A stretch of 10,833 nucleotides of DNA, taken from IMG/VR virus record IMGVR_UViG_3300027976_000024; one strand, written 5' to 3'. The DNA is from a virus. The notes beneath the pieces are model-generated. The model saw only the letters and a list, made by a program, of their open reading frames with translations, made no database searches and had not been told where the DNA came from. Below, one piece after another: positions 5,434 to 10,833 of the stretch. Every line of letters starts with the position of its first letter. Positions within the stretch are counted from its first letter, which is position 1. Both the position numbers and the translations under genes were made by a program.

Positions 5434-5876
5434 TCAAAACTTTTTCCCTGCTAATTGACAGCACATCTGATCATAAGACCACAATCCAGCAGCCGGTACG
5501 TCCTTGTGCCACAACAACTGATAGTCGTGAGTACCTTTGTACTGTCCAATCAATCCGCTAAAGTGGGCCTCACCACAGTTCTTATACAAGTTCTCAAAGA
5601 ATGATTTGTCTGTGTCTTTTGCCCAAGGCTTGCCTTCTACCTGCTTTGTATTGTCCTTGAACCATGCGCCATGCTCTTTGCAACAAGATAATCTCCACGC
5701 AACTTGAGTAGCATCAACATTGTTGACTGGATTGATGCTTCCACTGTGGATATTGAATTTTCCAGTTACGTTGTTGACATTCTCACTTTTGTAGAAAAAT
5801 GGGTTGTAAAGATGAATATGGCTATAACAATATAAAGCTTTTGGGTTATTGTTTTTACGGGCGTGGTTTTAATCAT
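5434..5876 (-). pseudogene. Frameshift-interrupted gene: ATG/TM mini-ORF (5876..5766, MIKTTPVKTITQKLYIVIAIFIFTTHF...) plus a -1-frame 144-codon start-less ORF (5868..5434, Cys-rich). One extra base in the A5/T5 run at 5795-5799 would fuse them into a roughly 170-aa type-II membrane-anchored protein.
   Basis: Manual translation. The long ORF has no ATG/GTG/TTG for about 96 codons. The upstream ATG ORF is in the other frame and ends within the overlap. The junction is the homopolymer CATTTTTCTAC (minus strand). It lies 28 nt downstream of the GT32-like gene stop, with a weak AAGAG SD. Confidence 0.45.
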
Positions 5877-5904
5877 GTTATTATTTACTCTTTGTGGAAA
5901 CTTC

Positions 5905-6885
5905 TCAAATCAACCATTGAACAGGTGATTTTATTATGAAATTGAATGTGCCGTCATCGCATTTTGCATTATTTATTTTATCAATATCAAACAAAGACAT
6001 TTGTTGTGATAAACATGTTTCCAGTTCTGATTCTGTGAATATCAATTTAAGATCTTTTTCTGTAAGAACTTTTGTTATGTTGTCATAGAATTCTTTGAAC
6101 AGTAGACAAGCCAATCCTCTTGAGTGATCTCTTTCTGTAATCCTCTTGGCTGTTGGGTTTTTGATCATCATGCCGTTGCAGTGCAGCATCTTCAATTGAT
6201 CTGGGTTGAGATTATGGATTTTTCTGAGAACTCCATGTTCGAGATCAGGTATGATCTCAAACATATGACTCATTCCTGTTTCATTCATATATCTCAGTAT
6301 TGTCTCGTCCCAAATATACGGCCAAGAATTGTAATTTGTTGATTCTTTGATGATGTCACAGAATTTTTGATTTCTTAATGCAGTGATGGAATAAGAATCA
6401 AACACACTGAACATTTCTTGAACGACTGGAGATTGGTGGTTGTAATAGAAAAAACCACTGTTGAATCCATCAAAACAAAATTTTTCGGAATTGCATTCAA
6501 GTGGCAGTGGATTCTTTAACCAAAAAACATCTGAGTCGCAGTAAATGATTGTCTCATGTGACAAATCGGGTTTTCGAATGTCAAACAATCTCGATAAAAG
6601 TTGGTATCCGACTATGTGTGAATAGTGTTCTTCTAAATGAAAGTTCGTCGGCACAACATCAAATTTTAGTGTTTTTTGAAAGTGCATCCAATCTGAGTTT
6701 GTCCAAGGATCTGTCGATTTATCATAATGTGGAGGATAGTTAGAAATGTTTAACACTTTGATTGGGATGTTAGGATTGACCGATCTGAGTGTTGCTATAG
6801 ACAATAATATTGGGTGAGACATATTTGAATAGGCGGGCTGTTCATTTGGACCAGCCCACCAGTGATAAACAACAGTTGGCATCAT
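5905..6885 (-). CDS. GT-A glycosyltransferase, GT32/Och1-like (DXD sugar-binding region; Gly_transf_sug-type), 326 aa
   Basis: N-terminal VVYHWWAGP, which fits the IHxxWxG pattern. SVNPNIP. DXD block ETIIYCDSDVFWLKNP preceded by HIVGYQLLSRLF. ATG overlaps the upstream stop (ATGA at 6882-6885) and GAGGAAA SD. Confidence 0.6.
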   Translation of the reverse strand: MMPTVVYHWWAGPNEQPAYSNMSHPILLSIATLRSVNPNIPIKVLNISNYPPHYDKSTDPWTNSDWMHFQKTLKFDVVPTNFHLEEHYSHIVGYQLLSRLFDIRKPDLSHETIIYCDSDVFWLKNPLPLECNSEKFCFDGFNSGFFYYNHQSPVVQEMFSVFDSYSITALRNQKFCDIIKESTNYNSWPYIWDETILRYMNETGMSHMFEIIPDLEHGVLRKIHNLNPDQLKMLHCNGMMIKNPTAKRITERDHSRGLACLLFKEFYDNITKVLTEKDLKLIFTESELETCLSQQMSLFDIDKINNAKCDDGTFNFIIKSPVQWLI

Positions 6886-7643
6886 AGTATTTCCTCATTT
6901 CTGTATTTCAGCATATCTTGTCTTAAAATTTGCGGCAATGGTTTGTTCCATTTTTTACAGAGTCTCAATCCATTTTCTATAAATAGTTTTTTTTGATCTT
7001 TTACACCATAAGTGAGAGGCGGATGCCACAGGTGAATTTCTGTTTCTTCTCTGTAAATTGATTTAATTCCATACTTCTCCATTGTGAATGTCATATCTGT
7101 ATCTTCCCATCCATAACCAACATATAATTCGTCCATGCCTCCAGCGTTAATGAAATCAGATTTCATTAACGCTATGTTACCTGACCAAGCATTTTTTGTC
7201 CCAAGTTCATTTGTTGTGCTACGATTGTCCCAAAAAAAATCAATATCTCCGTCAATTATTTTTGAGTCGCTGTATTCAGATTTTAGTTTTTTTGTAGGAC
7301 TTGTTGTAATTTGTATGCCAAATTTAAGTTGGTTCATTACAGAATTAAAGTATTCGGTTGGAAGTATTCTATCGCTATCCAAAATGAAGATTTTTTCATA
7401 TTTTGCTTTTGTGATTCCAAAATTTGTAATACAGCAAATGCTCATCTCTTCAAATCCAAAATTAAAATTCAAATGGGACTTCCAATGTTTTGTTGGTAAA
7501 GGATCTGTTAATTTATTTTGACACAGAGTGATAAGTTCGGAGTTTTCAATGACATCTTTGTGCCACAGATCCATGAACCTTAACATTTGCTTAAGATTGT
7601 CTAATCTTTCTGTGTGAAATTTAATGATAAATGAAGCTGACAT
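6882..7643 (-). CDS. GT-A glycosyltransferase, beta-1,4-galactosyltransferase-like (GT7/GT2 Glyco_transf_7C-type), about 253 aa
   Basis: The beta4GalT-like order SFIIKFHTERLDNL...ELITLCQ...FNFGFEE...KIFILDSDRILP, plus the C-terminal YVGYGWEDTDM (WGxEDxD) motif. The true start is taken as ATG 7643 (MSASFIIKF...) rather than the track's TTG 7706. Confidence 0.55.
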   Translation of the reverse strand: MSASFIIKFHTERLDNLKQMLRFMDLWHKDVIENSELITLCQNKLTDPLPTKHWKSHLNFNFGFEEMSICCITNFGITKAKYEKIFILDSDRILPTEYFNSVMNQLKFGIQITTSPTKKLKSEYSDSKIIDGDIDFFWDNRSTTNELGTKNAWSGNIALMKSDFINAGGMDELYVGYGWEDTDMTFTMEKYGIKSIYREETEIHLWHPPLTYGVKDQKKLFIENGLRLCKKWNKPLPQILRQDMLKYRNEEIL

Positions 7644-7656
7644 TCTATAATTTAGT

Positions 7657-8430
7657 ATGAGAAAAAATCTTTTGATAGCCTGTGTGGGTCCGACATCTTT
7701 ACACAAGCAGTGGATTTGTGGCGACAGAGATTTCGATCTGATGATAGTTCATTATGGCGATGGCGATTCTTATGTCGGTGATGGGGAATATTACATTAAA
7801 GCCAAAGGAACTAAGTTTAACATAATAGGCGATATCTCTCATAAAATTCCTAAAGAATATGAATATATTTTCATTCCTGATGATGATCTTGCTATGTCTT
7901 GTCAAAGTATAAACAGATTGTTTGGGATTGCCAGACAATACGATTTGAAGATTTGTCAGCCATCATTGGTTGGATACTATTCTATTCCTCTGAATTTGCA
8001 TAGTCCCGGATCTATTTTGAGATATACAGATTATGTTGAGATCATTTGTCCTTGCTTTGAGAGGTCTACATTTGAGTCATGCCGATCTACGTTCAATCAC
8101 AACAGTAGTTGCTGGGGCATTGATTTATTGTGGGGCGTGGTTTTGGATCATCCAAAAGACGCTATAGCTGTTATTGATGATGTAATTGCCATTCACACGA
8201 GACCATGTTATCAGGGCGACAATTACTCGAATAACAACATAGACAGCCCACAACTTGATCTAAAGAAGATAATAGAAGAAAATGGTTTGTCTTATCGAAG
8301 AACAGTATACAAAACTGTGGAAAAAGAAGAAGATTACAGTAAGCCATCAGAAACTAGAATTTACCCAAACGTTGATTTAATGTTGCAGTTTTGTAATCAA
8401 CTTGGAAGAAAAAGGTTTGTCGATATTTAA
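7657..8430 (+). CDS. DUF707-like protein (PF05212-type, a plant-associated GT-A-like family), 257 aa
   Basis: DFDLMIVHYGDGD, YEYIFIPDDDLAMS and KICQPSL match my memory of the conserved blocks of DUF707 (DFDLLLFHYDG / YEYIFLWDEDLGV / ISQPAL). The start is only 13 bp from the divergent GT start at 7643. Confidence 0.5.
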   Translation: MRKNLLIACVGPTSLHKQWICGDRDFDLMIVHYGDGDSYVGDGEYYIKAKGTKFNIIGDISHKIPKEYEYIFIPDDDLAMSCQSINRLFGIARQYDLKICQPSLVGYYSIPLNLHSPGSILRYTDYVEIICPCFERSTFESCRSTFNHNSSCWGIDLLWGVVLDHPKDAIAVIDDVIAIHTRPCYQGDNYSNNNIDSPQLDLKKIIEENGLSYRRTVYKTVEKEEDYSKPSETRIYPNVDLMLQFCNQLGRKRFVDI

Positions 8431-8466
8431 ATTCCAGTATCTGGCAAAGTTCCTAACATTGAATCA

Positions 8467-8925
8467 TTAAATTCCTGCTCTTTCAATTTGCTCCTTAATC
8501 TCTCTCAACAAAACTGAAGATTTGTCTGGCTGTACAATTGTTTCTTTTAAAGATCCATAATGAATTTCTAAACATTCTATCAATAGTGTTTTTATTTTAT
8601 TTTTGTCTGGTCCTGAAGGCAAAGAACTTTTGGCATATAATTCTTCTAGTTGTTTTTCTTTATTTTGTGCCCATTCTTTAATTTGGCGGACATCCCATTC
8701 TCCTCTACGGATGCTTTTTAATTGTTCTTTGTGTCTTCTTATATCTAAATCGCATTCCGCTAAGATCTGTTCAGCTTCTAGCAATAATCTAACAACGTGC
8801 ATTGCATATTTTGTGTCATAAGAATTAATTTTAACATTCTCTGCTCTTTTTGATTCATCTATAGCGTTTTTGTAAAGATGATAATAGTGTTCTAATTCTT
8901 TATCGTTCAATTCATTTAATTCCAT
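8467..8925 (-). CDS. Hypothetical alpha-helical protein, 152 aa (…KYAMHVVRLLLEAEQILAECDLDIRRHKEQLKSIRRGEWDVRQIKEWAQNKEKQLEELY…)
   Basis: ATG 8925 overlaps the upstream HEG end by 14 nt. Charged helical composition, and no HEPN Rx4-6H motif found. Confidence 0.5.
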   Translation of the reverse strand: MELNELNDKELEHYYHLYKNAIDESKRAENVKINSYDTKYAMHVVRLLLEAEQILAECDLDIRRHKEQLKSIRRGEWDVRQIKEWAQNKEKQLEELYAKSSLPSGPDKNKIKTLLIECLEIHYGSLKETIVQPDKSSVLLREIKEQIERAGI

Positions 8926-9682
8926 TGTTTTCTACAACCTTTTTGCAAAATTCCACAAATTCATCTGTTGTTAAATTTCTTTTCATTAAATTTATTGTTT
9001 TATGAACCCATTGTAAGTTTTCTTTTACATAACCTAAAGAACTGTTTATTCTGTCTAAAGAAGCTGTTTGTATTTTTGATTGATTAGAAAATGTTAGTTT
9101 AATTCCAGACAATGCACAAGTTCTGTTTTGTTCTAAAAATAAATTCCAACAATATTTTATATCAACTTCAACATTTATATTTCTTGTTTTTGCGTTAGCC
9201 TTTAATCTGGCCCAAAATTGTCCAGATATTTCTTCATATGCAGTTCTTTTTAATTTATCGCCAAATAATTTTCTGTATTTTTTATCTCTATTTTCCCAAA
9301 TGTTTTTACATCTAATTTTATGTTGAAGCAACTTGCTTTGATCTGCAATTGATTTTTTGAAAGGATTGTTATCTCCAGATACGTTTGCATGATTTATTGA
9401 CATTTTTTTACGAGTGTCACTGTTGTGTCTTCTGCCAAAAAAAGGATTATTTTCTCCTGTGAATTTTTTTGACATTAAATTTTTTTGTTGTTCAGAGCAA
9501 GGAGTTCCTTTAGGGCGACCAGATTTTTTATCACTTCTTTTATAGAATCCTTTCGGAATGTGAATTTCGTATTTTTTTAAATAATTAACTATTGTAGTTT
9601 TAGAACAATTGAAAATTTTTTTTAACGATTCACACGATTTATTATCACTAATATGGTCCAACAATTCTTCTTTGTATATCAT
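8912..9682 (-). CDS. Homing-endonuclease-like protein: N-terminal HTH, NUMOD3-like repeats, C-terminal HNH-variant nuclease motif; 256 aa
   Basis: NUMOD3-like GENNPFFGRRHNSDTRKKMS and GDNNPFKKS. C-terminal CALSGIKLTF...ASLDRINSSLGYVKENLQWVHKTINLMKRNLTTDEFVEFCKKV, the D-R-I...N-L-Q-W-V...N pattern of phage free-standing HNH endonucleases. AGGA SD. Very AT-rich. Confidence 0.6.
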   Translation of the reverse strand: MIYKEELLDHISDNKSCESLKKIFNCSKTTIVNYLKKYEIHIPKGFYKRSDKKSGRPKGTPCSEQQKNLMSKKFTGENNPFFGRRHNSDTRKKMSINHANVSGDNNPFKKSIADQSKLLQHKIRCKNIWENRDKKYRKLFGDKLKRTAYEEISGQFWARLKANAKTRNINVEVDIKYCWNLFLEQNRTCALSGIKLTFSNQSKIQTASLDRINSSLGYVKENLQWVHKTINLMKRNLTTDEFVEFCKKVVENNGIK

Positions 9683-9708
9683 TGATTATCCTGACATAAA
9701 TAAAATGG

Positions 9709-10332
9709 TTATGCTTTATTTATGATCAGACCTCTGTTTTTTATTTCTTGTTCTAATTGTTTGAATGATATTTTGTGAGAAATTCCTTTTTCTTGTTCGA
9801 AATTCTTTAGTTTTTGTAATCCTTTAGGTGATTTATTTTCAAGTTTTGCTAATTGCGAATATGCGTATCCTTTAAATTTTGCAAAACATCCTTTGTGCAA
9901 AAACAATTTACGATTTTCTCTTAAAAGATTTCCAGCCTGAGTAATTATTAAAATATGTTCATGAGATGTGAATAACGTGTCTACACATGACGGATTATTT
10001 TCCAACAGTAATTTAAAGAATTTTATGATGTTATAAACACTTACATCATATTCTCTTCCTTTACCACCAAGAGCATCTTTGTCAAAAATATGATGACATT
10101 GAAATTGTTGAAAACAATCAATGTCATCGAATCCATAAATTTTACCATTTAGGTGTGGAAAAATTTCTATTTTTGGCGGTATGCAAACACCGTAGAGATC
10201 AATATCAGAATCTGCTGTTGTGTCTGCGGCCCCATAAGAGACAGATCCTGTAATTGTTAAATAAATTGTATTTTGCACCACCCATGGTGGCGGAGAAATC
10301 AGTTTTTTGTCTTGTAAATCTTTGAGAATCAT
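9709..10332 (-). CDS. Pol-beta-superfamily nucleotidyltransferase, PF10127 (RlaP)-like, 207 aa
   Basis: ITGSVSYGAADTTADSDIDLYGVCIPP is the hG[GS]-x(9-13)-D-h-[DE] NTase signature with the GV...P continuation seen in the PF10127 family. AAGGAAGGG SD upstream of ATG 10332. Confidence 0.55.
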   Translation of the reverse strand: MILKDLQDKKLISPPPWVVQNTIYLTITGSVSYGAADTTADSDIDLYGVCIPPKIEIFPHLNGKIYGFDDIDCFQQFQCHHIFDKDALGGKGREYDVSVYNIIKFFKLLLENNPSCVDTLFTSHEHILIITQAGNLLRENRKLFLHKGCFAKFKGYAYSQLAKLENKSPKGLQKLKNFEQEKGISHKISFKQLEQEIKNRGLIINKA

Positions 10333-10427
10333 TGAATGCCCTTCCTTGGGATTGTTGACACAGGATACCAGAAAAGGTTCATTTGTGAAACATCAAATTA
10401 AAATCTACATAAGCCATGGAATCATTC

Positions 10428-10833
10428 ATGTATGTTTATTTTTCTGATTCAAGCTTAAGGCAGCTTCGTTTATTGGTGCTTAGCGTTATCACAGTCAGGT
10501 GTTTCTATTTAGACTCGTCAATCGTGGTGATTGATTACTCAAGTGACGATCGTTTGGAGCATTTCTCCAAGATGTTCGACTTCAAGATCATCAAAAAAGC
10601 TCCTTGTTATGTTAATAACAAAAATATTGGCGTGAATATGGTTTCCAAGCCAATGGACTGCATGAATGTTGGTCGTCAATTGGGATTGAATGATGTTGTT
10701 GTATTGGATAGTGATGTGTTTTTGTTGAATAGGTTCAAAGATTTGGATTTTTCTAAGTTCTCGATGTTGTTTCAGCAAGGAGGATTAAAGAATAGCGGAA
10801 TATTGTCTTTCTCTATTAATTCAGAGGCCATTC
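10428..10833 (+). CDS. Glycosyltransferase-like protein (GT-A, DXD), 3'-truncated at the window edge; start uncertain
   Basis: Open frame running off the window. IVVIDYSSDDRLEHF (a DDGSxD-like block), then ...NVG..., then VVVLDSDVFLL (a DXD block). First in-frame ATG is 10428, after a stop at 10356, with a weak RBS. The antisense track ORF 10539-10778 is rejected. Confidence 0.45.
   Translation, partial: MYVYFSDSSLRQLRLLVLSVITVRCFYLDSSIVVIDYSSDDRLEHFSKMFDFKIIKKAPCYVNNKNIGVNMVSKPMDCMNVGRQLGLNDVVVLDSDVFLLNRFKDLDFSKFSMLFQQGGLKNSGILSFSINSEAI

Noticed and set aside
5401-5434. Terminator between the convergent genes 5045-5401 and 5434-5868
   Set aside because: No inverted repeat or T-tract is present in the 32-nt gap.
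6560-6600. tRNA-like TTCGAAT word at 6573-6579
   Set aside because: There is no flanking acceptor or T-arm complementarity, and it lies inside a supported CDS.
6124-6743. Plus-strand ORFs 6124-6342 and 6549-6743
   Set aside because: They are antisense to the GT32-like gene, which has family motifs.
7135-7521. Plus-strand ORFs 7135-7521 and 7311-7499
   Set aside because: They are antisense to the beta4GalT-like gene (WGxEDxD motif).
7644-7706. TTG 7706 start for the minus GT gene
   Set aside because: It would overlap the DUF707 gene start by 50 nt. The internal ATG 7643 begins the conserved IIKFHTER block.
7699-7938. Minus-strand 79-aa ORF
   Set aside because: It is antisense to the DUF707-like CDS.
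8603-8821. Plus-strand 72-aa ORF
   Set aside because: It is antisense to the 152-aa minus-strand gene.
8467-8925. HEPN domain in the 152-aa protein (to pair with the NTase as an MNT-HEPN module)
   Set aside because: I searched the sequence for the Rx4-6H motif and found none (only RRH). The idea is kept only as a generic partner hypothesis.
10539-10778. Minus-strand 79-aa ORF
   Set aside because: It is antisense to the plus-strand DXD glycosyltransferase frame, which shows GT-A motifs.

Overview
The window is a low-GC (roughly mid-30s % by eye, unmeasured) accessory region from a bacterium-infecting element. Strong Shine-Dalgarno sites, rho-independent terminators, short tightly packed genes on both strands, two HNH-type endonuclease genes and many small unknown ORFs make a tailed phage or prophage island the most likely source, but I cannot name it. 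Left half, positions 1-5400: small genes of unknown function, a multi-pass membrane protein with its own promoter and terminator, a YqeY/GatB-domain protein, a McrA-like HNH endonuclease, and a disordered 230-aa protein. Right half, positions 5400-10833: a glycosylation cluster of four GT-A-like genes, namely a GT32/Och1-like gene translationally coupled to a beta-4-GalT-like gene, a DUF707-like gene and a 3'-truncated GT. Between them lies an AT-rich block carrying a PF10127-like nucleotidyltransferase, a NUMOD3/HNH homing-endonuclease-like gene and a 152-aa helical protein. Four observations are not explained by simple gene calls. (i) A C-terminal peptide tail ...DKV[D/N]WKxEGF-stop ends three different ORFs (stops at 198, 262 and 2823) with mostly synonymous nucleotide differences, and two copies sit 64 bp apart in different frames. 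(ii) An 18-mer/6-mer tandem repeat at 1-102 is open in all three frames and shares an 11-mer with the tail element. (iii) A minus-strand ORF (5434-5868) has no start codon but fuses to an upstream ATG/transmembrane mini-ORF if an A5/T5 run has one more base. (iv) A homing-endonuclease gene sits exactly between a nucleotidyltransferase and a helical protein, which may be a split or mobile module. All family assignments come from motif recognition by eye. None has been checked by a database search.
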